Assembly (NCBI GenBank): GCA_963836235.1
Contig: CAWIIP010000002.1
Span: forward strand, 672,001 to 736,000
DNA length: 64,000 bases
Direction: 5' to 3'
From: an uncultured Pseudomonadota bacterium
Lineage (GTDB): Bacteria; Oederibacteriota; Muellerivitia; Muellerivitales; Muellerivitaceae
In this document: in pieces, positions 1 to 9,401 of the stretch
Layout: each line of letters starts with the position of its first letter
How positions within the stretch are numbered: the stretch's first letter is position 1
Made by a program: the position numbers and the translations under genes
The notes under the pieces: generated by a model
Told to the model about the DNA's origin: nothing
What the model saw: only the letters and a program-made list of their open reading frames with translations
Databases searched by the model: none

Positions 1-118
1 ACTTGGACTTTGATTTAGGGCCAATTAGGGAAAGAGCCTTTAAAGCTACTTCCCCGCCAATTCCCGCGGGATCACCAAGAGTTATGGCGATAAGTTTTTG
101 TTGAGCCGTCTTAGACAA
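1..118 (-). CDS. pdxA: 4-hydroxythreonine-4-phosphate dehydrogenase, 5' part (runs off the window)
   Basis: Manual translation from TTG at 118 gives (M)SKTAQQKLIAITLGDPAGIGGEVALKAL, the PdxA ITxGDPAGIG motif; AAAGGA RBS upstream; not in the ORF track. Confidence 0.85.
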   Translation of the reverse strand, partial: MSKTAQQKLIAITLGDPAGIGGEVALKALSLIGPKSKSK

Positions 119-133
119 GAATATCCTTTTAAT

Positions 134-1459
134 TTAAAGGGCTTTTGCGGCTAGCGCGGCCAATGGCGAACGCTCGCTCTTCGAGAGGGTGATATGCCCA
201 AACATTTCATTACCCTTGAAGCGCTCGGCTAAGTACACGATTCCATTGGAAGAAGCATCGAGGTAAGGGTTATCAATTTGGTAGGGGTCCCCGGTCAAAA
301 TAATTTTGGTGCCCACCCCGGCACGGGAAACGATGGTCTTGATCTCGTGAGGTGTCAAGTTTTGGGCCTCATCCACGATCATAAATTGCTTAGGAATGGA
401 CCGGCCCCGGATATAGGTCAGGGCTTCCATTTCCAATTTGTGGGAATCCAGAAGGTATTGGACCTTGTCATCCACCTCTTCCGTGTCGCTCTGCAAGTGT
501 CCCTTATCAAGAATAAATTCCAAGTTATCGAAGATAGGCTGCATCCAGTTCATCAGCTTCTCGTCCTTGGTGCCCGGCAGATAGCCGATATCCTTCCCCA
601 TCGGAACGATAGGCCGGGAAACCAACACGCGCCGGTATTTCTTCTCGTCCAGCGTCTTTAAAAGCCCGGCTGCCAAAGCCAAAAGGGTTTTGCCCGTGCC
701 CGCCGAGCCCACCAGGGTCACCATGGGAATACGATCGTTTAAAAGAAGGTTCAGCGCGAAAAGCTGTTCCCGGTTGAGGTGCCGGATACCCCAGGCTTCC
801 GGTTCCTTGAACCAAAGGGATTGCGCCTCTTTCGTTCCATCCCGATAAATCCCCAAAGCCGTTTTGCCCTCGTGGATGTCGCTTTTGAGGAGCAAAAACT
901 CGTTTTCGTAAAGGGGCCTCTCCGTAAAATCCTTAAGGGAAAGTTTTCCGCTTTTATAAAAATCGTCGATCTGTGAATCCCGAACGACAACCGTAGCCCA
1001 GCCGGGGTAAAGCTCATCGATGTTGATCTTATTGGTCTCGTAATCCTCCGAAACCACACCCAGCGCGTCAGCCTTGATGCGGACGTTGATGTCTTTGGTA
1101 ATGAACTTCACATTCTCGCCCTTTTCCTTCAGGGAAATGGCGATGCCGATAATATTGTTGTCGATCTTCATGTGGGAAAGGGCGGCGGGCAGGTGGCCGT
1201 TGGGCTGGCTGATGTCCACCCGCAAGACCCCCCCGTTCGGCAGGGGCACCCCCTCCTGTAGCTTGCCCTTGGCCCTCAAGGAATCCAGCATCCGGGCTAC
1301 TTCCCGAGCGTTACGGCCCCGCTCATCCTCGTATTTCTTGAAGGTGTCCAATTCCTCGATGACACCCAAGGGAATGACTACTGTATTGTCTTCGAAGGAT
1401 TCCAAGGCGTGGGGGCTGTGAATGAGCACGTTGGTATCCAGCACGAAAGTTTTCTTCAT
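134..1459 (-). CDS. PIN-PhoH family ATPase (YlaK/PhoH2-like)
   Basis: PIN start KKTFVLDTNVL, Walker A GSAGTGKT, GYLPG, RGRS, IVDEAQN; start moved to ATG 1459 (ATGA overlap with upstream gene). Confidence 0.93.
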   Translation of the reverse strand: MKKTFVLDTNVLIHSPHALESFEDNTVVIPLGVIEELDTFKKYEDERGRNAREVARMLDSLRAKGKLQEGVPLPNGGVLRVDISQPNGHLPAALSHMKIDNNIIGIAISLKEKGENVKFITKDINVRIKADALGVVSEDYETNKINIDELYPGWATVVVRDSQIDDFYKSGKLSLKDFTERPLYENEFLLLKSDIHEGKTALGIYRDGTKEAQSLWFKEPEAWGIRHLNREQLFALNLLLNDRIPMVTLVGSAGTGKTLLALAAGLLKTLDEKKYRRVLVSRPIVPMGKDIGYLPGTKDEKLMNWMQPIFDNLEFILDKGHLQSDTEEVDDKVQYLLDSHKLEMEALTYIRGRSIPKQFMIVDEAQNLTPHEIKTIVSRAGVGTKIILTGDPYQIDNPYLDASSNGIVYLAERFKGNEMFGHITLSKSERSPLAALAAKAL

Positions 1460-2175
1460 GTAGGGGTGCCCTCCGGGCGGAAGAGATGGAGTTTTAAGAA
1501 TTGAAACACCGATTGGGCGAGATACCAGGCCCATCGGAGAGTCTCGGAAAAAGCTAGCGGCAAAGGCAAAACCTGCGGCCAAACGAGGGAGAACAGGAGC
1601 ATTAGGACAATCATATTTCCGGCGAAAATGAAAATCAAGGAGAACACAACGCCCCCTTCCTTGAGATCGGGCTGGTGGTTCGACAGGGACCAAACCGTCA
1701 GGGCTAAATGGAAGGCATAGGTAAAACCGATGAGCCCCAGCAGGTAAATCTTGAAAGGCTGGGCCGCGATCACGTAGATCCCCAATGTAATCGCCGTGTA
1801 AAAAGGAAAGATATAAGGGGCTAAACTGATGAAGACGTGGGATTTGTTGACCACCGTCGTCCCCCCCGACCGGGAGGCTTGGATAGAAGTCACTTTTCCA
1901 CCCATGAGCATGGCCGCTAAGGCATGGGTCAGCTCATGAGCCATCACATGGCTCAACACAGGCTGGTAAAGGAGGAAATGGATGAGAAAATAGGCGGCGA
2001 AACAGACGAGAAAAACAATGGTTGCCAGTGATGTACAGGGCACCTTCAAGAAAGCCGGCCCCAGGACGCAGACCATAGCCACCGAGAACCAGACCATGAG
2101 GATGCTGAAAAGAATTTTGAGGAACAATCCGAGAAAGAATTTTTTAATTTTCAATGCCCCGATACCCGCCAACAT
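1456..2175 (-). CDS. M50B-like membrane metallopeptidase
   Basis: Several TM segments, HELTH zinc motif, ISLAPY motif. Confidence 0.7.
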   Translation of the reverse strand: MLAGIGALKIKKFFLGLFLKILFSILMVWFSVAMVCVLGPAFLKVPCTSLATIVFLVCFAAYFLIHFLLYQPVLSHVMAHELTHALAAMLMGGKVTSIQASRSGGTTVVNKSHVFISLAPYIFPFYTAITLGIYVIAAQPFKIYLLGLIGFTYAFHLALTVWSLSNHQPDLKEGGVVFSLIFIFAGNMIVLMLLFSLVWPQVLPLPLAFSETLRWAWYLAQSVFQFLKLHLFRPEGTPT

Positions 2176-2191
2176 GGAATGAACAAGATTC

Positions 2192-3121
2192 TTAGTCTAA
2201 TCCCTCATCCTGATCCATCGACTCTCCCAGGCCCATCTCTTCCCATTTGATCTGGGTGGCGATCTGGTATACCACTTCCCTCGGCAAGTCCCTCAGTTTG
2301 CAGACCGCCTTGACCGCTTCGGTCTTGGAGAGGCTCTGTTCCTTCATCAATTGGACAAGCTGGTCGGCGATGGAGACCCCGACCCATTTTTCCTGTAGCG
2401 AACGGTCCACATGCTCCGCTCCCTCCACCATCACCACGAATTCGCCCTTGGGTTCCACCGTCTTGAAATGCTTCCAAAGTTCCTGAAGGTTGCCCCGCAC
2501 GAATTCCTCATGCAATTTGGTCAGTTCCCTTCCCACCACCCCCTGGCGGTTGCCGAAAACGTTCATCATGTCCTTGAGGCTGTTCATGAGCCGGTGAGGG
2601 GATTCGAAAAAGACCAGGGTATGTTCTTGGGTTTTCAATTGCAGGAGGACCTTTTGCCGGTCCCCCGCCTTCGCGGGCAAAAACCCCGCGAAGGTAAAGG
2701 GCGTGGCGGGAAAACCGGAAGCGGGCAAGGCCGCCAAAAGCGCTGAGGCGCCGGGCACGGGTACCACCGAATAACCCTTCTCTACCACCGCCTTGACTAC
2801 CTGGAAACCGGGGTCCGAGATGCCCGGCATTCCCGCGTCCGTCACCAGGGCCACCGACCCGCCCTGGGATAGCGCGTTTAAAATCTCGTCCGTGCGTTTG
2901 ACTTCATTGTGCTCAAAACAGGAAATGAGTTTGGCGGGCTTGATCCCAAAATGAGTGAGAAGTTTGATCGTGTTGCGGGTATCTTCGGCGGCCACCAGGG
3001 TGGCTTCCTTCAACACCTTGAGCGCCCGGAAAGTCATGTCGTCCAGATTTCCGATGGGGGTGGCCACCAGGTAAAGGGTCGAAGGTTGGATGGCGTTCTT
3101 TTCAGCGCTTCTTTCGGGCAC
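2192..3121 (-). CDS. rsmI: 16S rRNA C1402 2'-O-methyltransferase
   Basis: LYLVATPIGNLDD, AEDTR, DAGMPGISDPG, FESPHR, RELTKLHEE. Confidence 0.96.
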   Translation of the reverse strand: MPERSAEKNAIQPSTLYLVATPIGNLDDMTFRALKVLKEATLVAAEDTRNTIKLLTHFGIKPAKLISCFEHNEVKRTDEILNALSQGGSVALVTDAGMPGISDPGFQVVKAVVEKGYSVVPVPGASALLAALPASGFPATPFTFAGFLPAKAGDRQKVLLQLKTQEHTLVFFESPHRLMNSLKDMMNVFGNRQGVVGRELTKLHEEFVRGNLQELWKHFKTVEPKGEFVVMVEGAEHVDRSLQEKWVGVSIADQLVQLMKEQSLSKTEAVKAVCKLRDLPREVVYQIATQIKWEEMGLGESMDQDEGLD

Positions 3122-3713
3122 TTTTTCGGGAACCTTTCGGGGAAACCGCCTGGGCGGGTTTGGCCTTATTTTGAAACAGCTTCCTCAGTTTTTCCATTCC
3201 ATACCACACCCCAAATCCGATCAGAAGGCCCATCATATACCCCCCCAAGACATCCGAAGGGTAATGAAGCCCCAGGTAAACCCGGGACAACCCGACCAAC
3301 AGGGCGATCAGGACAAAAAGCCCGCGCCAGGGCCTAAAAGCCATGGCCAGAAGAAACATGGAGGATCCCATATTGGCGGCATGGCTGGAGGGAAATGAAA
3401 AGGCCCCGCTTTTTCCCGCCGGGGTCAGCACTCCATCCAAAGCGTTGCAAGGCCGTACCCGCTCAATTAGACCTTTGATAACATGGCTCACGATCTGGTC
3501 TGACAGAAGCACGGCCAAAGCCAAGCTGAGGACGAGCCAACGGCCTTTTGCCCCGCCTTTCCAAACCCAATAAAGGAGCAAGGCCGCGATCAAAATCCAA
3601 AAATGGCGGATATCGGCAATGAAAGAGAAGAAACTGTCAAAGAAAGGAGAAGACCAGCCTTCATTAATCCAGCGAAAGACGGCCACGTCTATGGAGTAGA
3701 GGAAAGAAAGCAA
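3102..3713 (-). CDS. PAP2-family phosphatase (undecaprenyl-PP phosphatase-like)
   Basis: KxxxxRxRP, SFPSSH, SRVYLGLHYPSDV motifs. Confidence 0.9.
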   Translation of the reverse strand: MLSFLYSIDVAVFRWINEGWSSPFFDSFFSFIADIRHFWILIAALLLYWVWKGGAKGRWLVLSLALAVLLSDQIVSHVIKGLIERVRPCNALDGVLTPAGKSGAFSFPSSHAANMGSSMFLLAMAFRPWRGLFVLIALLVGLSRVYLGLHYPSDVLGGYMMGLLIGFGVWYGMEKLRKLFQNKAKPAQAVSPKGSRKSARKKR

Positions 3714-3717
3714 AGAG

Positions 3718-4836
3718 TCAGACCACCGCTGGGGCCGGATCTTCCTCCGGCATGTTCAGATAAATCTCCTCAAGGGTTTTCAAAACCCAGTCCGGATCGT
3801 CGGAGGTCAATAGTTTCTGCCGCATGTCCCGGGCGCCCTCAAACCCCTTAAAGTAATGGGTCAGGTGCTTTCGCATTTCCAAGAGGCCCATCCGGGGACC
3901 CTTTACTTCAATGGAGCATTTCAGTTGTTCCAGGGCCACACCAAAGCGGAACTTGAGGCTCGGCGTCTTCATGGGCTTTCCCGTTTCCAGGTAATGGTTG
4001 ATCTCCTCAAATATCCAGGGGGCGCCCATGCTTCCCCGGCCGATCATGATGCCGTCGCAGTTGGTTTGTTGGAACAGGCGGTAGGCGTCCTCGGCGGACT
4101 TCACGTCGCCGTTGCCGATGATGGGGATCCTGGCCTTTTCCTTCAGCCGGGCGATCACTTCCCAATTGGCCTTGCCCTCGAACATCTGGTTGCGCGTGCG
4201 GGCGTGAATGGCGAGAGCCGAAGCCCCGGCCTCTTCCACCGCCTGAAGTAACTCAAACACCGCGTTGTCCATGGCGTCATAACCCGCCCGGGTCTTGACC
4301 GTGATCGGCACCTTGCCGTCGGTGGCCTCGACCATGGCCTTCACGATCCAGCCGGCCCTTTGGGGCTCCTTCAAAACCGACGCGCCCGCGTCGCACTTAA
4401 GAATCTTGCCTACCGGACAGCCGAAATTGATGTCGATCACGTCAGGGTGGACATCCTCGACCACCTTCGCCGCCGCTTCCCCCATGATGGTCGGGTCGCC
4501 GCCGAAAAGCTGGACGCCCACTGGGCGCTCGGGCTCGGTGAATTCCATGAGATCGGCGGTCTTCTCGCTTCCCCCCGCCATAAGGGCCCGAGAACTCACC
4601 ATTTCAGTAACTACCATGGCCGCGCCATAACGTCGGGCCAGGCGGCGGAAAGCCGTATCGGTATAGCCCGCCATGGGGGCGAGGAAAACCCGCCCATTCA
4701 AGGTTAGGTCCCCCAGCTTCAATTCCCGGGCGCCCTTGCCCAAGGCCCCCAAAGGGGCCTCTTTCAGCTCGGAAGCCATAGAAACCTGGGAAGGCTTGTC
4801 GATGGATTGTTTGTCTTCTTTGGGCAATACGCTCAT
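3718..4836 (-). CDS. dusB: tRNA-dihydrouridine synthase
   Basis: LAPMAG, QLFG, INFGCP, HART, GNGDV, MIGRG. Confidence 0.93.
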   Translation of the reverse strand: MSVLPKEDKQSIDKPSQVSMASELKEAPLGALGKGARELKLGDLTLNGRVFLAPMAGYTDTAFRRLARRYGAAMVVTEMVSSRALMAGGSEKTADLMEFTEPERPVGVQLFGGDPTIMGEAAAKVVEDVHPDVIDINFGCPVGKILKCDAGASVLKEPQRAGWIVKAMVEATDGKVPITVKTRAGYDAMDNAVFELLQAVEEAGASALAIHARTRNQMFEGKANWEVIARLKEKARIPIIGNGDVKSAEDAYRLFQQTNCDGIMIGRGSMGAPWIFEEINHYLETGKPMKTPSLKFRFGVALEQLKCSIEVKGPRMGLLEMRKHLTHYFKGFEGARDMRQKLLTSDDPDWVLKTLEEIYLNMPEEDPAPAVV

Positions 4837-5513
4837 GAGTTGAACAAGACCTCTTTAACCCCGGGAATCTTTTCCACCTTCCGAGAAATGGATTTTCCCC
4901 AAGCCGCCGGAATGGGTTTGAAATGAATCACGATATATTTTTCCGAAGGGCTCACGACCTGTGTTTCCGCCCGGATAATCTTGATATTGTCGTCCCGCAA
5001 AACTTCCTTAACGTTTTCCGTTAAATGGCCGGTTATCTTAGCATGGACGGTCATGTTGTGATAAAGGTTGTCCACCAGGGTATCTTCCAGCAAATTCATC
5101 AAATAAAGCACCAACATGACCAAAGCCGTGGTCAGAAGGGCTCCCGAATAAAAACCGCATCCGGCGGCTAGACCGATGACCGCGGCCACCCAAAGAGTCG
5201 CGGCGGTGGTCAATCCCGAAACCAGTCCTTCTTTCAGGTGCAAAATAGTCCCCGCGCCCAAGAAACCGATGCCGGTCAAGACGTTTTGCGCTATACGGGG
5301 ATCCATTTGGTACTCCCCATTAACAACCGGCCCGGTCAGGATTGAAATTAGCATCGCCAAAGCTGAACCCAGCCCGACCAGGATATGGGTGCGCAATCCC
5401 GCAGGCTTGCGGAAACGTTCCCGGTCCCAGCCGATAACACCGGTTAGAACTACGGTCGCCAAAAGCCGCAGGATGATTGTGCCAAGGTAAAGATTAAAAG
5501 GAATATCTTGCAT
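4833..5513 (-). CDS. MgtC/SapB family membrane protein
   Basis: AGLRTH, GIGFLGAG, GLTTAATLW. Confidence 0.9.
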   Translation of the reverse strand: MQDIPFNLYLGTIILRLLATVVLTGVIGWDRERFRKPAGLRTHILVGLGSALAMLISILTGPVVNGEYQMDPRIAQNVLTGIGFLGAGTILHLKEGLVSGLTTAATLWVAAVIGLAAGCGFYSGALLTTALVMLVLYLMNLLEDTLVDNLYHNMTVHAKITGHLTENVKEVLRDDNIKIIRAETQVVSPSEKYIVIHFKPIPAAWGKSISRKVEKIPGVKEVLFNS

Positions 5514-5565
5514 GGATTTTATTGTAACAGGAAGGGCATGGCGCCGAAAGGGAGGCCAGCTTCGA

Positions 5566-6576
5566 CTAGCATAAAGTCGAGTAGGGCATCGCGGTGGCGG
5601 AAAGGGAGGCCACCTTGCCTTTGGAAATCTGCCAAGCGCCTAACCCAGCGATCATGGCCGCGTTGTCCGAGCAATACTTCGGAGGCGGGACCCGCAAAAC
5701 CACGCCGGATTTTTCCGCCAGGATTTTAAGGGCTTCCCGCAAGGCCTGGTTACAGGCCACCCCACCCCCCATCACCAGGCTTTTGGGCTTTAATTCCGCC
5801 AATGCCACCCCTACCCGCAAAGTGATCTCCTCGACCACCGTGTTTTGAAAACGGGCCGAAAGTTTTTCCCGGTCTTTGTCCGATACCGGAGGATTCTTTT
5901 TGATCTCCAGCATGACCGCCGTCTTTAACCCGCTGAAAGAAAAATCCTGGCTCTTATCTTTCATTTTGGAGAGCGAAAAAGTGCCGGTTGTTTCAGGGGA
6001 AAGCTTCGCCAGTTTTTCGACGATCGGGCCGCCTGGATATCCCAACCCCATCAATTTAGCCACTTTATCGAAAGCCTCCCCGGCCGCGTCGTCACGCGTA
6101 GAGGCCAAAAGCCGGTACTCCCCCCAACCCTCCATGTGGTAAAGCTCCGTATGCCCTCCCGAGACCACCAAACCCAGGGCGGGAAACTCAACCGCTGGGG
6201 CGTCCAATTGGGCCGCGTAAAGATGGGCCTCAATATGGTGAACCGTCGCCAGGGGCAAATGAAGGCGAAAAGCCAAACCCTTGGCCGCTGAAAGCCCGAC
6301 CAGAAGGGCTCCTATAAGTCCGGGAGCTGAGGTCACGGCGATTCCCGTTAAATCGTCAAAGGTCGTTTGAGATTGCTTGAGGACTTCCTGGACCAAAAAC
6401 GGCAGGCTCTCCAGGTGCTGGCGGGAAGCTACTTCCGGAACCACCCCACCGTAACGGCTATGGAGCTCCATTTGGGAAGCCACCTCATTGGCCAAAACCC
6501 GATGGCCGTCCATAACCACCGCCGCCGCGGTCTCATCGCAGGAGGATTCAATTCCTAAAATAATACTTTTTTCCAT
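5566..6576 (-). CDS. tsaD: tRNA t6A37 threonylcarbamoyltransferase
   Basis: GIESSCDET, HHIEAH, VSGGHT, DDAAGEAFDK, DNAAMIA. Confidence 0.96.
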   Translation of the reverse strand: MEKSIILGIESSCDETAAAVVMDGHRVLANEVASQMELHSRYGGVVPEVASRQHLESLPFLVQEVLKQSQTTFDDLTGIAVTSAPGLIGALLVGLSAAKGLAFRLHLPLATVHHIEAHLYAAQLDAPAVEFPALGLVVSGGHTELYHMEGWGEYRLLASTRDDAAGEAFDKVAKLMGLGYPGGPIVEKLAKLSPETTGTFSLSKMKDKSQDFSFSGLKTAVMLEIKKNPPVSDKDREKLSARFQNTVVEEITLRVGVALAELKPKSLVMGGGVACNQALREALKILAEKSGVVLRVPPPKYCSDNAAMIAGLGAWQISKGKVASLSATAMPYSTLC

Positions 6577-6582
6577 GAGTTA

Positions 6583-7740
6583 TTATTCCTTAACGGCTTC
6601 CGAGGCGTAAACAAATTGGAAACCTTGGTCCCTCAACTGGTGGACGGCTTCTTCCAAGGTTTTAAGCGTCACGACTTTAAAATGCCCGATAGCCACAACT
6701 TGGCCGTGCTTTTTGGCGTAAGCGGCGGCTTGACCCAACTGTTTCAAGATGGCACCCGGAGTTTCCACGTTGTCCAAAAAAACATTCCGGCTGGCGACGG
6801 GAACCCCTGTTTTTCGGGCCTCCTGCTCGACCACCGATTTGGCGGTCGTTCGGGAATCAATAATGAAAAGACCGCCGGGTTTCAGGGCCTCACAAACACC
6901 CAAGATGAGTTCCGGGTCCTCTGTCGCCACGCTTCCCATATGGTTGTTCAAGCCCCGGCAGTTAGGCAGGTCTTCGAGGGCTTCTTCCACGTCTTTTTTC
7001 GCGACGGAGGAATCCATTCCCTTTTTTAATAAGGCCTTATAATTCCCGCCGACCGTTCCCTTTTCATGCCCCTCCATGGGCATGTGGCACATCACTTCTA
7101 CCCCATGCGCCGGGAATTCCTCGGCCAGGCTTTTGGAGAATTCAACATCGGGGATAATCGATACCGTCACTGGCACCTTAAACCCGTAAAGATGCTCCAA
7201 CGCCTCACCCTTTTGATAACCGCCATCATCAATGATGAGACAGATGCGGGGTTTTTTAACTTCGTTAAAGGAAATCTCAACTGGCACCCATTCCGAACTA
7301 TAAGTAAATAAACAAGACCCGCTGTCGGACAATGTTTCCCGGGCCCCAAGGGGTTGGGCTGTGGATTCCAGTTGCGACGCCAATTCCCTGGCGGAATAGC
7401 GCCAAGGCAGCCGAAACTCTTCGAAATAAGTAGAGATGACTTTTCCCTGGACCGTCGCGGGCCTGGTTTCAACTTCCCGGTCGAGAAGCTTCAGCAGATC
7501 TAAGCTTTGGAGTTTGTCGTTCAAGGCTTTGAGAAGCTTATCCGTAGACTCGGCGGGATCGCCCCGGAAGAAATCGGATGTGCCGGGAGTGGAAAAAGGC
7601 TTGGCGGCGGAAACAGCCGAAGAACCTTTAAAATAACGCCACATCAAAAAAACGACGACCGCCAGGGATAAAAAGATGACCAAAAAGTTCGCCAAAAACC
7701 CCCGGATATTCCCTTTTTCACTTTTTCCGGGGAACCCCAA
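6583..7740 (-). CDS. Divergent polysaccharide deacetylase family protein (YibQ-like)
   Basis: N-terminal TM, IIDDGG, HMPME, NNHMGS, DSRT, FLDN, AIGH; start uncertain. Confidence 0.85.
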   Translation of the reverse strand: MGFPGKSEKGNIRGFLANFLVIFLSLAVVVFLMWRYFKGSSAVSAAKPFSTPGTSDFFRGDPAESTDKLLKALNDKLQSLDLLKLLDREVETRPATVQGKVISTYFEEFRLPWRYSARELASQLESTAQPLGARETLSDSGSCLFTYSSEWVPVEISFNEVKKPRICLIIDDGGYQKGEALEHLYGFKVPVTVSIIPDVEFSKSLAEEFPAHGVEVMCHMPMEGHEKGTVGGNYKALLKKGMDSSVAKKDVEEALEDLPNCRGLNNHMGSVATEDPELILGVCEALKPGGLFIIDSRTTAKSVVEQEARKTGVPVASRNVFLDNVETPGAILKQLGQAAAYAKKHGQVVAIGHFKVVTLKTLEEAVHQLRDQGFQFVYASEAVKE

Positions 7741-7748
7741 AGCGGCCC

Positions 7749-9305
7749 TTATTCCCCGTCGTCTTGCTTGTTTTTTCCACGTTCTTCCTCAAGTTTTTTC
7801 TCACCGGCTTTTTCGGTATCTTTTCGCTTGGGATATTCGGCATAAAGCTTCCGGCTGATATGTCCGCCGTTTTCGATGATATCTTCGGCCACCGCCACTT
7901 GGGGATCATGCAAGACCGCCAATTTTCGAGCGTCCGCCTCACCCAACTTGGCCCGGACCAGTTCCACATAGAGGCTGTCTTTTAGGTAATCCGTGTCTTT
8001 CTTCAGTTCATCCTTGTCGATCTTCTTGACGTTCTTCACGCAATAATCGACAAAACGATCCATGATAGCCGGGGTCAAATCGGTATCCGCCGAAACCACC
8101 ATGCCTTCCTTAACGAGGACTGCGGCGAATTTTTCCACCATCTGCTGGGTGTAAATCTTGAGAGTGGATTCGGACAAATCGTGGTCACGCAGATCAAGAT
8201 CGGGGTCAATCCCAATACCATGAATGCAAACACCCGAGGGGGTGTAATACTTGGCCATGGTAAGCCTCAGCGCGGCCCCATCGCTTCCTTCCAGGGGAAG
8301 GATGGTCTGAACCGACCCTTTTCCGAAGGTCTTCGAACCGATCAAGGTGGCCCGCTTCCAATCTTTCAGGGCGCCTGAAACGATCTCCGCCCCGGAGGCG
8401 CTGCCTTCATTTACCATCACGACAATGGGCCGGTTCTTATCGAACTTTTCCCCATCGGTAGCCCTATATTCTGAGGTTTGGTTTTCGCTTCTTCCTTTGG
8501 TGGAGACGATCATGTCGCCCTTCTTGCCAAAGAAATCGGAGACACCTATGGCTTCATTCAAAAGGCCTCCGGGATCGTTGCGCAAGTCGATCACCAGGCC
8601 TTTTAAAGTAGCCTGCTTTTCCAAATCGTTCACTGCCTTCACAAAATCGTCCGTCGTGTTGTCGATAAATTCGGTAATGCGGACATAGCCAATGTCGCGG
8701 GGAAGCATATAGGCATGAATACTTTCGATCTTGATGTTATCCCGAACCAGCGTCACATCGAAAGGCTCGCCCAATCCTTCCCGTAAAACGGTGATCGTCA
8801 CTTTCGTGCCTACTTTTCCGCGAAGACGCTTCACCGCGTCATTGATGGACATGGCGGCCGTGCTCTCATCCCCGATCTTAATGATCTTGTCCCCGGATTT
8901 GAGTCCTGCCTTGTCGGCGGGAGTCCCTTCAATGGGGGAGACAATCGTCAAGCGGTCATCTTTCAGGGCGATCTCAATGCCCAATCCCCCAAATTTTCCG
9001 GAAGTCTCGGTCTGCATATCCTTATATTCGTCGGGAGGCATGAACTGGCTGAAAGGGTCCAGAGTATTGACCATGCCGTTCAAGGCGCCATAAACCAGCG
9101 TTTTGGGATCCGTTTTGTCGACGTCCACGTATTTCTCCCGGATGATGGCCAGGGCATCGGCGAAAGGTTGGAGGTATTTATAGACATCCTCGTTGGTTTC
9201 TTTGGGCTGATTGGCTGATTGGGTAGCGGCTCCCGCGGCGAAGCTCACGGCGCAAAGGGCCAACAACAAAAAGGCCGTGGTGAGAATTGACGGGCGGCGT
9301 TCCAT
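7749..9305 (-). CDS. ctpA: S41 C-terminal processing peptidase with PDZ domain
   Basis: Signal peptide, GLGI PDZ, DLRNDPGG, SASGAEI, TFGKGSVQ; GGAGG RBS before ATG 9305. Confidence 0.93.
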   Translation of the reverse strand: MERRPSILTTAFLLLALCAVSFAAGAATQSANQPKETNEDVYKYLQPFADALAIIREKYVDVDKTDPKTLVYGALNGMVNTLDPFSQFMPPDEYKDMQTETSGKFGGLGIEIALKDDRLTIVSPIEGTPADKAGLKSGDKIIKIGDESTAAMSINDAVKRLRGKVGTKVTITVLREGLGEPFDVTLVRDNIKIESIHAYMLPRDIGYVRITEFIDNTTDDFVKAVNDLEKQATLKGLVIDLRNDPGGLLNEAIGVSDFFGKKGDMIVSTKGRSENQTSEYRATDGEKFDKNRPIVVMVNEGSASGAEIVSGALKDWKRATLIGSKTFGKGSVQTILPLEGSDGAALRLTMAKYYTPSGVCIHGIGIDPDLDLRDHDLSESTLKIYTQQMVEKFAAVLVKEGMVVSADTDLTPAIMDRFVDYCVKNVKKIDKDELKKDTDYLKDSLYVELVRAKLGEADARKLAVLHDPQVAVAEDIIENGGHISRKLYAEYPKRKDTEKAGEKKLEEERGKNKQDDGE

Positions 9306-9348
9306 AACTTCCTCCAAAAATATTTTTCGCTTTTAAGTTCTTGTTCTC

Positions 9349-9377
9349 AAAAGGCTTTTGATCTCCGATCAAAAGCC
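9349..9377 (-). terminator. Hairpin (possible terminator) between envC and ctpA
   Basis: Perfect 11-bp stem GGCTTTTGATC/GATCAAAAGCC, 3-nt loop, short T run on the minus strand. Confidence 0.5.
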
Positions 9378-9401
9378 CACAATCATTCAAAGCTTTTCAT
9401 G

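Noticed and set aside
1460-1693. N-terminal extension of the PhoH ORF in the track
   Set aside because: Overlaps the M50 gene; the PIN domain begins at ATG 1459 with an ATGA coupling
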